This document shows positions 49,739 through 60,003 of a stretch of DNA of 64,000 bases, one piece after another; the stretch's first letter is position 1; each line of letters begins with the position of its first letter. The translations under genes were made by a program, and so were the position numbers. The notes below the pieces were generated by a model. The model was not told the DNA's origin. It saw only the letters and a program-made list of their open reading frames with translations, and made no database searches. The DNA is from a virus. The stretch is from the IMG/VR virus record IMGVR_UViG_3300027659_000010; one strand, 5' to 3'.

Positions 49739-50338
49739 CTATTTAACCTGGGGGTCTTTGTCGTAAACAACGTTAAAACTAATACTAATTCTCTGAGACT
49801 TAGCAGGCAGGGTTCGATGCATAAGATGACTCATAAAAACATAACATCTACCAGGCAGAGAGCAATACTCTACATTGTGACAATTTGTTGTATTAGGTTC
49901 TGTAACTTCTGCCTCAATAGATTGGAAAAAATGCCAAGGAGCTTGAAAAATGAGATCTTTGTTTCCATCACTGTCTAAATAATAAACTCCACTCATAGTG
50001 CTGTGGGAATGATGATGAAGATCTTGATAGCCACCTATATCATAGAAATTAAGCCAAGATCCAGTAAATTTTAAAGATTTTCTACTTAACTTAGTAGATT
50101 CACAAAATGCTCCAATCGTTTCTACTATTTGAGATCTTATTTCAGAAAATTCCGCCATATCCAATATATCAACCTTAGTGTTTACTGTAGTAGAACAAGA
50201 ACTGTAAAAAGACAATCTTCCGTGTTCTTCTATTATTTTTTTTGATAGGTCAATGAGAACAGATTTATTCTCGATTTCGTGATCTTTGTACACCACCGTG
50301 CTAGGAAATAACGTGTCATAATAATAATGTTCAGTCAT
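49739..50338 (-). CDS. Putative 2OG-Fe(II) oxygenase (TIGR02466-like)
   Basis: SWLN, HHH, SGVYY, HLMH, RISISFN. Confidence 0.8.
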   Translation of the reverse strand: MTEHYYYDTLFPSTVVYKDHEIENKSVLIDLSKKIIEEHGRLSFYSSCSTTVNTKVDILDMAEFSEIRSQIVETIGAFCESTKLSRKSLKFTGSWLNFYDIGGYQDLHHHSHSTMSGVYYLDSDGNKDLIFQAPWHFFQSIEAEVTEPNTTNCHNVEYCSLPGRCYVFMSHLMHRTLPAKSQRISISFNVVYDKDPQVK

Positions 50339-50362
50339 ACTTTATAATCTTTTCTAAAAATA

Positions 50363-50692
50363 TCAATCTATTATTGTAGGTTTTGGAAACTGATCTTTGA
50401 CCGCTTGTATCTTAGCAGCCATTTCTACAGGAAATGCTCCTGAATGAAATAAGGCATCCAGTTGATCTCCTATTGACGGATAAGCATCAGCTCGATCTAC
50501 GCGGTACTGTGTATTGTTCTTTAATTCCCAAAGTCTAAACATTTCTTCTTGACATTCTTGTTCTGTGGGTTTGGTTTGATTTTCGTCCTTCCAGATTATT
50601 TTATCGTAGGTATCACCTTCTAATACCCAACTAGCTCCTGGACGGAGATTTACCAATGCGGCAGGAAGATCAAATAATATATTATTGGTCAT
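50363..50692 (-). CDS. XkdW-like tail fibre assembly protein
   Basis: LRPGASW...W...KPTE...YPSIGDQLD...VKDQFPK. Confidence 0.65.
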   Translation of the reverse strand: MTNNILFDLPAALVNLRPGASWVLEGDTYDKIIWKDENQTKPTEQECQEEMFRLWELKNNTQYRVDRADAYPSIGDQLDALFHSGAFPVEMAAKIQAVKDQFPKPTIID

Positions 50693-51252
50693 TGTGCTAC
50701 CTCCATAAGGGTAAGTGTGCTGGCTGATCTTGCGCCGTCCGTAGTATTATCAGTGTCATTTATAGTCCTGTTTACTACCACTGAGCCAGACGCCGTTTGT
50801 GTACCTATATAGACATTATATGTTGTTGTTGAGATAGTAGCAGGCGAGTCTAAAAAAGTCATGTTGATCATCCCAGATACATTATTATCTGCAAGATAAA
50901 ATCTACCTCCTACAGTCACCCTACTTCCAGCAGCAGCTCCAACTCCTATCTTGGTAGATCCTCGGGCCAGCCACGAGTAAACCTGTGTCGTGGTGCTGGT
51001 TCCGGCGACATTTACCATGGCCATGACTAGAATTTTACTGGTAGTTTTTTTTGGAGTTATTGAAGCACTGAGTCCTGTGACCACGACTCCTCCTGATGCT
51101 GCCGTGGTAGTAGTAGTGAACGTGTCAGTTTTAACAACACTTACTACCTGTACGATGGATCCCGGTGAGTAGATGACATGTCCGGCAGTTAAAGAAACCA
51201 CGTTACTGTTTTCTGCAAATCCTTCTATTGTTTTAACGGTTAATGTGCTCAT
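50689..51252 (-). CDS. Short tail-fibre-tip-like protein
   Basis: GSIVQVV...SITP...KILV...LMEVA family. Confidence 0.6.
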   Translation of the reverse strand: MSTLTVKTIEGFAENSNVVSLTAGHVIYSPGSIVQVVSVVKTDTFTTTTTAASGGVVVTGLSASITPKKTTSKILVMAMVNVAGTSTTTQVYSWLARGSTKIGVGAAAGSRVTVGGRFYLADNNVSGMINMTFLDSPATISTTTYNVYIGTQTASGSVVVNRTINDTDNTTDGARSASTLTLMEVAQ

Positions 51253-51842
51253 TTTATCGCGATAATAGTTAGTACAGGCATGCTAAATTGTGCCGAGTCA
51301 GCTCCATTCCAATATCTAGTACCATGTATATTCACTGGATTGCTCGCGCCGTAGAATCTAGCCTGTAATTTTAAAGTTTTAGCTGCGGTCCATACCGCCT
51401 GTCTTCCGGTATTCGCATCTGCGCTGCCTCCGATGGCTATTACCCATTCGAACGACGTCCTCCCTTCGGGATAATAACCAGATGTGTTAAATCTTGCTCT
51501 AACAACTTCTGAACTATCTATATAAAAATTATAGTGTGCTATACAGTGCGTGCCTGAAGGCCAGTAATATGCCCAATTAAAAATATATTTGACTCTAGTG
51601 GTTCCCGTCGGAGGAGTATATGAAATAGAAGACCCATTGACATCAGCATAGGTCGCAGTCAAAGTCTGGACAGCTGTGACATTTTGGAATGTGTATGTTC
51701 CTGAGCGAACAGACACAGAACTTCCGTCGCACGGCCCTGAGACATATTCTAAAACGGATCCAGCAGTCCCAATATTTGCAACATCGAACGAACTTGTTCC
51801 TGCTAGATTCTGTATCTGGTCAACTATCAGTACTCCTGGCAC
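51249..51842 (-). CDS. Short tail-fibre-tip-like protein
   Basis: LIVDQIQ...GSVLE; divergent paralog. Confidence 0.55.
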   Translation of the reverse strand: MPGVLIVDQIQNLAGTSSFDVANIGTAGSVLEYVSGPCDGSSVSVRSGTYTFQNVTAVQTLTATYADVNGSSISYTPPTGTTRVKYIFNWAYYWPSGTHCIAHYNFYIDSSEVVRARFNTSGYYPEGRTSFEWVIAIGGSADANTGRQAVWTAAKTLKLQARFYGASNPVNIHGTRYWNGADSAQFSMPVLTIIAIK

Positions 51843-52174
51843 TATTCGGTCTCCGGTTTAGGATATTGCAATTTAACAGCCATTATATTCTCCTTCCAAC
51901 CGTCTATTCCTTGATGATAGATTTGATCTAGTTGATCTTCTATGTCGGGATACGCGGCCATACGTTGTCTTTGATAGCTTGTAGAATCCCATTGGGTCTG
52001 TAATCTCTGTATCTCATCGTTAATTTCTTCTTCAGTGGGTAGAGGTATAGACTGATCTTGCCATCTAATATCGTCGTAGGTACCTGAACTACCTAGCCCC
52101 CAAGATGCCTGGGGGCATAAGGAAACGAGTGCATCTGCAACTCCAAAAACTTTTTCTCTTATGATTTTAGGCAT
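51842..52174 (-). CDS. XkdW-like tail fibre assembly protein
   Basis: LCPQASW...PTEEEI...YPDIEDQLD...YPKP. Confidence 0.65.
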   Translation of the reverse strand: MPKIIREKVFGVADALVSLCPQASWGLGSSGTYDDIRWQDQSIPLPTEEEINDEIQRLQTQWDSTSYQRQRMAAYPDIEDQLDQIYHQGIDGWKENIMAVKLQYPKPETE

Positions 52175-53694
52175 TATTGTTTAATTTCCATTAATATAAC
52201 TGTGCTTACTGCAAATTCATAATTAGTACCTGCATTTACAGTGTACGCTCTATTTAGTGTAAAGGTTCCTGCCGAGGTTGTAGAACTTCTTATAGCGAGA
52301 CCTATGTCCATTCGAGCACACTGTCCAACAGGTACATGATATTCTATGAAATAATTACTTGGTGTACTATTAATATCATTGTCATAGAATGCAGCTACGT
52401 ATCCTACCCAATTACTACTTCCTACTGTATTTTTTCCTTCGTATCCTACATCTGACGCTAATGTTAGAGAATTTTGACTATATGATGCAGGAGTTGCGGA
52501 ACCAGATATCAAGATTTTTCCGGATGTGCCTGCGGCCGCGGCCTCTGTGGTTCCTACTCCAGGATTTCCAGCAGTTCCTCGCGCCGCGTCGCCAGAATTT
52601 CCTGGTACTTCATAATTTCCTTGATATAAAGTCGCACTGCTTACCAAACTTGAATCAAAGTATCCGGAACCGCCACCACCACCGAATCCGCCGGCGTCGC
52701 CTCCACCTTCTGCTCCACCCCAATATCCAGCACCACCACCACCAGAACCTGCGTCACCTCCATTAAATGCACCGGCACCACCTGTACCAAATCCTGTGGC
52801 TGTTCTCGTGGCTGCACTGCCCGTTCCTAATTGTCCACCATTTCTGCCACTACCGCTAGCACCTGTTCGTCTTCCACCAGATAATCCAACACCCGCCGCA
52901 GATTGTGTTCCACCTGGACCACCTGCTGCGCCATCACCTGCTTGACCGGTGGTTCCGCCACCTGCGCCCCCTCGACGACCTGTAGTACTATAACTACCGC
53001 CGCCACCACCGGCGACTAAAATTGGATTAGAGTTAGATGTAAACTGTATTCCTGTACCTCCAGCGCCACCACCGGCATTTCTATTGGAAGCGACACCGCC
53101 TCCTCCCTGCCCTACGATCAAATCATAGCTAGTGCCAGAAGAAAACGATATTGTCCCGGTCGCTGCACCGCCTGCGCCACCATAGGCCGTTGCACTAATC
53201 GTTGTAACACCGCCGCCGCCACCCCACATTTTCACTGTGGTACTGAAATTATTAGTTGGAGTCATAGTCCAAGTGCCAGCTGACGATAAAATCAAAGATC
53301 CGTCAACTTCAGTGTCCCAAGAGGTTTTTCCATCTACTGCTGGAGAAATACTAAAAGTTTTAACTCCTGCTGTACCACCACCACTCACAGCTGGGGTGAA
53401 GGTTTGCCTTGCAAGATGCACAAGAAATACACAGTCTTGTTGGGATTCTCCGTTCATCATAAATTTAGCCACAATAAGATTATTTGGATCTGTAGGAAAT
53501 ATAGATGTAGTCAAGAGATCAATTAATGTACCGTTACCTGTAGTAGGAGCAGAATAGCTAGCATCTGTATCAACTCTTTTAGTTACTACTTGTACAATTT
53601 TTCCTGAATATTGTAACTTAGAACCCGATGCTATTTCTATAGTAGCAGCATCTTTAGAACAATGGTTAATCGTATTAACTACAATTTTACTCAC
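52174..53694 (-). CDS. Fibre-tip-like protein with inserted glycine-rich domain
   Basis: GTG start overlapping the previous stop; MWGGGGG...AGGGGG; paralog domain split around the insert. Confidence 0.65.
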   Translation of the reverse strand: MSKIVVNTINHCSKDAATIEIASGSKLQYSGKIVQVVTKRVDTDASYSAPTTGNGTLIDLLTTSIFPTDPNNLIVAKFMMNGESQQDCVFLVHLARQTFTPAVSGGGTAGVKTFSISPAVDGKTSWDTEVDGSLILSSAGTWTMTPTNNFSTTVKMWGGGGGVTTISATAYGGAGGAATGTISFSSGTSYDLIVGQGGGGVASNRNAGGGAGGTGIQFTSNSNPILVAGGGGGSYSTTGRRGGAGGGTTGQAGDGAAGGPGGTQSAAGVGLSGGRRTGASGSGRNGGQLGTGSAATRTATGFGTGGAGAFNGGDAGSGGGGAGYWGGAEGGGDAGGFGGGGGSGYFDSSLVSSATLYQGNYEVPGNSGDAARGTAGNPGVGTTEAAAAGTSGKILISGSATPASYSQNSLTLASDVGYEGKNTVGSSNWVGYVAAFYDNDINSTPSNYFIEYHVPVGQCARMDIGLAIRSSTTSAGTFTLNRAYTVNAGTNYEFAVSTVILMEIKQ

Positions 53695-54262
53695 TACCGA
53701 TCTCCATGATTTTACCTGTACTGACCATATTTTCAAATGTACTGGCGCCTGCACTACTAAAGCTTCTATTAAGAAACAAAGTAGAAGCACTCGCAGATGA
53801 TGATCTAGTTGCTGGTGCAAAAGTCTGTTGGCTAGTTGATCCGGCTGGTATTGCATACTGTATAAAATAACAGGCAGGAGTGCTGTCAGTATTGGCTTCA
53901 TAGTTAGCAGGAACATATCCCACCCACTGATTGTTTCCTATGTTATTCCTTCCTTCATATCCAACATCAGTTATCAAAGATCCGTTTTTATGTATGAGAA
54001 AAACAGTATCGTGATTTACTTCACAATTCAACATCCATTGCATGACTAACATGCTATTTGCTTTTTTAGGCGTAATTACGAGGTTAAGATCAGTGATAGT
54101 GGTTCCGTTGCCTGTAGTTGGAGAACTATATGAGGTAAAAGCATTGGTTCTAACAACCAATAATTGTGCGACTGATCCTGGATTGATAACTGACGTACCT
54201 GGAGAAATTATAATCGATCCTGCTGATCTAGATTTGATCGATCTACAACTGATTTGGCTCAT
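53687..54262 (-). CDS. Short tail-fibre-tip-like protein
   Basis: GSVAQ...ITPKKANSML...IMEIG. Confidence 0.6.
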   Translation of the reverse strand: MSQISCRSIKSRSAGSIIISPGTSVINPGSVAQLLVVRTNAFTSYSSPTTGNGTTITDLNLVITPKKANSMLVMQWMLNCEVNHDTVFLIHKNGSLITDVGYEGRNNIGNNQWVGYVPANYEANTDSTPACYFIQYAIPAGSTSQQTFAPATRSSSASASTLFLNRSFSSAGASTFENMVSTGKIMEIGSE

Positions 54263-54834
54263 TGTTTAATTTCCATAATTAAAACACTGCTGACCAAATT
54301 TTCGTAACTAGCTGCTCCTGCACTGCCAAAGGTTCTGTTTAGCCAAAAAGTTGTAGCAGAGGATGTAGCTCTCACAGCAATATTGTAACTCCGAGATTGA
54401 GTAGAACCCGATATCGTGTTATATTGTAGATAATAGTTCATAGGTGTGCTGCTATTCTCGTTAGCTCCATCATATCTACCTACAACGTAATTGTATTTTG
54501 TAGAATTTAAATCCGTATTGTTCTGCCCTTGGTATCCGGTAGTGGTTATAGGTAACTCGTTTTGATAGATAAGAAATCCAAAATCATGGTAAGTTTCACC
54601 ATTGATCATCCATTCTATCGTCAATAAACTATTACTGTATTTAGGCGTGATATCAATGCTAAGAGGAGTTACCACAGTGCCTGCAACTGAGAGTGGACAA
54701 CTCCAACTAGACATGTTGTCCGTGCGTGAATATCTAGTTTGTATTATTGATCCTGTTTCGTGAAATGGTTTTTGAAAAGTCAATAAGCCACTGAGACTCT
54801 GGATCTCATCTACAATTAATTCTCCTGAACTCAT
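54259..54834 (-). CDS. Short tail-fibre-tip-like protein
   Basis: GSIIQ...ITPKYSNSLL...IMEIKQ. Confidence 0.6.
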   Translation of the reverse strand: MSSGELIVDEIQSLSGLLTFQKPFHETGSIIQTRYSRTDNMSSWSCPLSVAGTVVTPLSIDITPKYSNSLLTIEWMINGETYHDFGFLIYQNELPITTTGYQGQNNTDLNSTKYNYVVGRYDGANENSSTPMNYYLQYNTISGSTQSRSYNIAVRATSSATTFWLNRTFGSAGAASYENLVSSVLIMEIKQ

Positions 54835-57401
54835 ATTATGGTCAAAGCTCCTCCGTCCTGTACGGTCACAGTATATCCGTCACCGATAGTTACAGGCCCT
54901 GATGCCCAAGCGTTCTGAGAGCCGGTTATTGTAAGATTTTCGTTAATGGTTTTACCGTTATATTGTAAGACTGCTGGATCTTGGGTTCCTAAAAATTGAT
55001 GACCACCTTTGCTGCCGGTAAATCCAACACTTCCTGTGTACCCAACACTTCCTGTGTACCCAACACTTCCTGTAAAGCCTGCGCCTTGACTACCTGTATA
55101 ACCTCTAGCACCAGTAGTGGCAGTAACTTCCCAAGTTGTTGCTCCATATATGAATTCTATTGTAACTCCTTTTAGAGTAACAAGAACGTCATCGCCTAAA
55201 GTTTCTATCGTGCTGCCATTTCTCAATACAGTTAAATTGTTTATGCTAAAGTTACTGCCGTCGGTTATCTGAACATAGGTTCCTGTAGTTGGACTAATAG
55301 GCAATGTTATTGAAAAAGATCCGGAAGATGTATCTGCGATTATTCGATCTCCATCAACAGCAGTATAATTTGAAACTTTCCTTTCCCATCTTTGTAATGC
55401 ACCTTTAGAACCAGTATACCCTTCAGTACCTGCTGAACCAGTATATCCTCCAGCTGGACCTTGACTACCTGTATAACCTCTCACTTGACCGGCGTTTGCC
55501 CAAGAAGATCCAGTCCAAGTCCATAAATTGCCTGTATCTGCCGTGATATATCCGTCGCCTATATCACCGTTATAACTACTTGGATAACCAGGCAAATTAG
55601 CACTGGTCGCAACGGTTCCAAGGATTTTAACACTGGTTCCATCAGCTCCTTCACTACCTGTATATCCTTGGCTACCAGTGAAACCTAAATCACCGACACT
55701 GCCAGTAAAACCTGCACCTTGACTACCAGTGAAACCTAAATCACCTTTACTACCTGTATAACCAATAGCTGCTGCTTCTCCAGCAATACCTTGACTACCT
55801 GTAAATCCGATATCTCCTTTGCTGCCAACAAATCCAGTATCTCCAGTCCTTGAAAAAGTAAGAAACATGTCTTCATTATTTGCATATGCAACAGTGTCTC
55901 CTGCTACATAGGTAATTGTCAAGTTTACCCACGAAGAATTATCTACAACAGATCCTGTGATTGCATAAAACGTGAAATTTTCTGGACTTGCTTGACTAGT
56001 GAATTTCAAATAGCCTTTGATTGTAGAAGTGCTATCCGCTATTGTTAGTAGATATGGCTTGATATCATTTGTATAGTAATCAAATTGGCTTATAGCTATA
56101 ATTGTAGCTGATGATAAATTAGAATTATTGACTGCAAACTTACCCGACCCTGGACTAACATTGAGTATCGTCGTTGTATTAAAGGTATATCCAAAAGTGG
56201 CGCCACCGAAGTTACCTGCTAATCCTTTTGAACCAGTATAACCAATACTACCAGTATAACCAATTTCTGTACTTGCCGATCCGGTATAACCGATGTCTCC
56301 TTGCGATCCAGTATAACCAATATCACCTTTACTACCTATGAACCCAGTATCTCCTCGTGAGCCAGTGAATCCGAAACTTCCTGTATAACCGATATCTCCT
56401 TGGCTTCCGGTGAAACCAGTGCTACCTACGAAACCAATATCTCCCTGTGAGCCAGTGAAGCCGGTATCGCCTTGACTGCCTGTATAACCAATATCTCCCT
56501 GTGAGCCAGTGAAGCCGATATCGCCTTGACTGCCTGTATAACCAATATCACCTTTGCTGCCGGTGAAACCAGGTGTACCGTTAGTGCCTGAGGTACCGTC
56601 TGCTCCTTGGCTGCCTGTATAACCAATATCCCCTTTACTACCAGTGAATCCGAAACTTCCTGTATAACCGATATCTCCTTGGCTTCCGGTGAATCCAAAA
56701 CTTCCCGTATAACCGATATCTCCTTTACTACCAGTGAATCCGATATCACCTTTATCTCCTGTGCGAGCAAAGGTAATAATGATATCTTCATTGTTTGAAA
56801 AACCATTAGCAGTGCCAGAAATATAACTCACTGGTACAGAAAAGTATGTGCCATTATTTGTGCTATTATTAGTGATAGCAAAGATTGCAAAATCGTCACT
56901 GTTAGACTTATTACTGATTCTTATATGACCTTTTAACTGACTAGTGCTTGCGTCAATTGTGGTTAGATAAGAATCTAAATTAGCATTGTTATCGTCTGTG
57001 TCTTGAATGTAAAGAACACTGGCTGTAGATATATTGTTCTGATTAAGTTTTAATTTACCTGTTCCTGGAGCCGAATCAGTTATGGCACTATCGAAGGTAT
57101 AGTCAAAAGTTACTCCACCAAAATTTCCTTGAGGTCCTTGACTTCCAACAAATCCCACTTCACCTCGACTTCCAACAAATCCTTGACTACCTGTGTATCC
57201 TTTGAAATCATTAGCGTAGGTAGTGATATTCACCCATGCTCTGGTACCGTCAGTGTCGCCAATCAACACACTGTCATCGACTGGGGGGATCCCTAGATCT
57301 GGTTCTGCATTACTGACATCTAGGTAGTCGTAGCGATCTTGATCAAGACCAGCTCCTGATTTTTTTTTCTGTTTGCCGCTGATTAACCGACTTTTACTCA
57401 T
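54831..57401 (-). CDS. Collagen-like tail fibre protein
   Basis: G-[FY]-T-G-S-x triplets; duplicated globular domain (PGTGKLKLN / PGSGKFAVN); YTAVDGDRIIADT module. Confidence 0.8.
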   Translation of the reverse strand: MSKSRLISGKQKKKSGAGLDQDRYDYLDVSNAEPDLGIPPVDDSVLIGDTDGTRAWVNITTYANDFKGYTGSQGFVGSRGEVGFVGSQGPQGNFGGVTFDYTFDSAITDSAPGTGKLKLNQNNISTASVLYIQDTDDNNANLDSYLTTIDASTSQLKGHIRISNKSNSDDFAIFAITNNSTNNGTYFSVPVSYISGTANGFSNNEDIIITFARTGDKGDIGFTGSKGDIGYTGSFGFTGSQGDIGYTGSFGFTGSKGDIGYTGSQGADGTSGTNGTPGFTGSKGDIGYTGSQGDIGFTGSQGDIGYTGSQGDTGFTGSQGDIGFVGSTGFTGSQGDIGYTGSFGFTGSRGDTGFIGSKGDIGYTGSQGDIGYTGSASTEIGYTGSIGYTGSKGLAGNFGGATFGYTFNTTTILNVSPGSGKFAVNNSNLSSATIIAISQFDYYTNDIKPYLLTIADSTSTIKGYLKFTSQASPENFTFYAITGSVVDNSSWVNLTITYVAGDTVAYANNEDMFLTFSRTGDTGFVGSKGDIGFTGSQGIAGEAAAIGYTGSKGDLGFTGSQGAGFTGSVGDLGFTGSQGYTGSEGADGTSVKILGTVATSANLPGYPSSYNGDIGDGYITADTGNLWTWTGSSWANAGQVRGYTGSQGPAGGYTGSAGTEGYTGSKGALQRWERKVSNYTAVDGDRIIADTSSGSFSITLPISPTTGTYVQITDGSNFSINNLTVLRNGSTIETLGDDVLVTLKGVTIEFIYGATTWEVTATTGARGYTGSQGAGFTGSVGYTGSVGYTGSVGFTGSKGGHQFLGTQDPAVLQYNGKTINENLTITGSQNAWASGPVTIGDGYTVTVQDGGALTII

Positions 57402-57729
57402 TTGAAGTTTCTAATATACTTAAGATTAAATTTATGCTGCTGTTAGCACTAACTACAGCTTTAACGCTACTGCCTTCTTCTATAACTAATTTTCCTGTGG
57501 TTACTTCTGCAGAATCATTAGGTGGAATTTCAAATGCGTTCAGCATCACGTAATCAACACTGTTTTTTCGCAGAGTAAAAGTTATAGTGGCTGCTGTGTT
57601 ACTGATATTGCTGGCCTGCGCTCCTAACACGATTGTTGTTAGTCCTGCAGGTGTGGTGTAAATAGTCTGTGATGCTGTGGTCAGTTCAAATGCTTTGGTT
57701 CTAAATGTATTTAGAGGCAGTGTTGCCAT
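57394..57729 (-). CDS. Small virion protein
   Basis: IYTTPAG...GKLVIEEG...SILE. Confidence 0.55.
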   Translation of the reverse strand: MATLPLNTFRTKAFELTTASQTIYTTPAGLTTIVLGAQASNISNTAATITFTLRKNSVDYVMLNAFEIPPNDSAEVTTGKLVIEEGSSVKAVVSANSSINLILSILETSNE

Positions 57730-57730
57730 G

Positions 57731-59986
57731 TTAATCTCCGATCGCTAGTATATAAGGTGTCATAACAGCAAATAAACTTTTGGTAAATGTTCTGCCGGTG
57801 ATGGTACCTGTGTTTCTGTTGATTATAAAATCATTACCGATTCTAAAATCGCCTTGTTGGTCAGTAGCAGTGTAGTATATTCTACCTTGATTTATAGTTA
57901 CCACTTGGTTTTCTGATAAAGGAATACCTCCAAGATAAGGCAGTGCAGTATTAACGTTTGTACCTGAACCGACCCATTCAAAAGTGTGACCTGATGCTGT
58001 AATTAAACTGAATTGATGAAAGGTTACTGAGGTATTATCTGCTATTTGAGTTACAACAGTTTCCTCTAATGTTACGGTACTAGAGTATGCATTGTCTATG
58101 AGGTTTATCACGATATCAAATAGCCCGTTTACAACTGTTACTTCAGTTGCGCTAGCTGGAGGATTAGCTGTGTTTTGAGCTACAGCTCCATTTAAAGCAT
58201 TGATTGCGGTGTTGGTTAAACAACTGGCAGCTGCGGTTTTTAAATATGTAAAAGTAGCTATAGTGGCTGCTTTAGTTCCGGCAGGAACCTGCAGCGTGCC
58301 TGTGCTATAATATTCATCAGCCGCATCTGCGGTTTGACTATTACCTCCGTACAAAATATCATACGATACAGCATCAACGATGTATCCTATATCTCTTTTG
58401 CAGGTTTCAGCACTGTAGTTTAAATTTGGATAATTTGCTGTTATGTAAGCAATTCCTTCTTCCCGAAGAAAATTTCTGTTAGCCTGTAATATGGTTTTGC
58501 TTCTGGATCGATTGACATCTACACCGGTAGGGTCAGGATATGAATAACCTGGAGCTGAATTAATTCCTGAATTAATAATGGTTGTAATGGTATTGAAGTT
58601 GGTTTCAACTCGAGTATATTCTGGACCTTGTGTGCTGTCATTCGATAATATTGCTAACACCGCGGCTTTGGCAAAATTAATACCTGCGATAGTTTCAGTT
58701 TTTTGATTGGCAACAACATTATTCGCAGTTGCTCTATAATAGCTGATACCGGCCTGCACACTTTTGTAGTTGGTATTAAAAACCATATCATCTACCACAG
58801 CATCTATTATTAAACCAACATCTCTGCTGCATTTAAATTGATTAAAATCCAAGTTGGGATACGTCTCATTTAGGTAATCAATAACATCGACTTGTATTTT
58901 ACTCTTACCATCTAAGACGTTCTGTCTAAGGTTCCTAGCGTCTGCTGGCTCAGCTGCATAGCTTGGTGCTGATATCACTGTACTGCCGCTAGAAAACACT
59001 GTGCTAGCTGATACGGTATAATATGTACTGTCACTGCTAAATTTCACAGCATCGCCTACATTTGGTCTGGTAGTGAGATTATCTATGATAAAAGTTGATC
59101 CAGAAGCTGCTCCGTTTATGTTACCTGAATAAAGAGAACTGCTGACCCCGTCGGCTTTCAATCCGTAATTACCAAAACTACTGTTGCTGTTAGTGATGCT
59201 ACAGAATCCTCCACTTTCACATAAAATTGCCACATCACAACAAATAGTAAAGACAGACACCAGCTGTGAATTTCCTCTGTTCAAGTGGTGGATGCCAATG
59301 CCTCCTTGATTGTACTGTGTGTAAGCATCGACAACCATGCTGCGCAATCCGTAGGCATGAGCTCCATCGACTCTCATACCCGTACCAGTAGTCGTCATAC
59401 TGGTACAGTTCTGGACATATGGACTGGTGTGGATCACTCCTGCAGATCCGTTAGGATTGAACGCTACCGCAGCACTAGGACTTTCGTGGTCTTTGAAGGT
59501 CATGTTAGCTATATAAACAGCACTGTTTACATAAAATAAATCCTGTGTTTTATTTTGCGGTCTCACAGTTACAGTACGAAGATTATCTCCTACGATAGCT
59601 ACACCTTCTGGAACTGTCAAAGGATTAACTTCTGTATAGTCTCCGCTCTTAACGAAGATAGTTGTGCCTAGAGTCGCAATCTGTAGGGCTGATTTAATTG
59701 TTAATTTGCTGGTATTTAATGAATTTCCTGAGTAGCTGTCGTTGCCACTCTTGCTAACATATAATACATTTTGCACTGCTGTATTGCCAACACTACCAGT
59801 GAACCCGCTGGACCCAGAAAATCCACGCAATCCACCATAGGCTAAACTTGTCCAAGTGCTGTTGCCGTTGCCGATTTTAAACAAATTGGTATCGGTTTCA
59901 ATACCCATTTCTCCTTCCGCGAGGATGGGATTCACCGAAGTCCATTCTTGGGCAGTGCCCCGTCTAAATTGTATTTGTATAGCCAT
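57731..59986 (-). CDS. Virion fibre/tailspike-like protein
   Basis: IQFRRGT...LAEGEMGIETDT module; YVSKSGND; SPYVQNCT beta-helix; KCxRD repeats. Confidence 0.7.
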   Translation of the reverse strand: MAIQIQFRRGTAQEWTSVNPILAEGEMGIETDTNLFKIGNGNSTWTSLAYGGLRGFSGSSGFTGSVGNTAVQNVLYVSKSGNDSYSGNSLNTSKLTIKSALQIATLGTTIFVKSGDYTEVNPLTVPEGVAIVGDNLRTVTVRPQNKTQDLFYVNSAVYIANMTFKDHESPSAAVAFNPNGSAGVIHTSPYVQNCTSMTTTGTGMRVDGAHAYGLRSMVVDAYTQYNQGGIGIHHLNRGNSQLVSVFTICCDVAILCESGGFCSITNSNSSFGNYGLKADGVSSSLYSGNINGAASGSTFIIDNLTTRPNVGDAVKFSSDSTYYTVSASTVFSSGSTVISAPSYAAEPADARNLRQNVLDGKSKIQVDVIDYLNETYPNLDFNQFKCSRDVGLIIDAVVDDMVFNTNYKSVQAGISYYRATANNVVANQKTETIAGINFAKAAVLAILSNDSTQGPEYTRVETNFNTITTIINSGINSAPGYSYPDPTGVDVNRSRSKTILQANRNFLREEGIAYITANYPNLNYSAETCKRDIGYIVDAVSYDILYGGNSQTADAADEYYSTGTLQVPAGTKAATIATFTYLKTAAASCLTNTAINALNGAVAQNTANPPASATEVTVVNGLFDIVINLIDNAYSSTVTLEETVVTQIADNTSVTFHQFSLITASGHTFEWVGSGTNVNTALPYLGGIPLSENQVVTINQGRIYYTATDQQGDFRIGNDFIINRNTGTITGRTFTKSLFAVMTPYILAIGD

Positions 59987-60003
59987 AATATTATTTTATA
60001 TAT

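Noticed and set aside
53695-53916. N-terminal extension of ORF 52174..53916
   Set aside because: Overlaps the neighbouring gene out of frame; paralog alignment supports a GTG start at 53694
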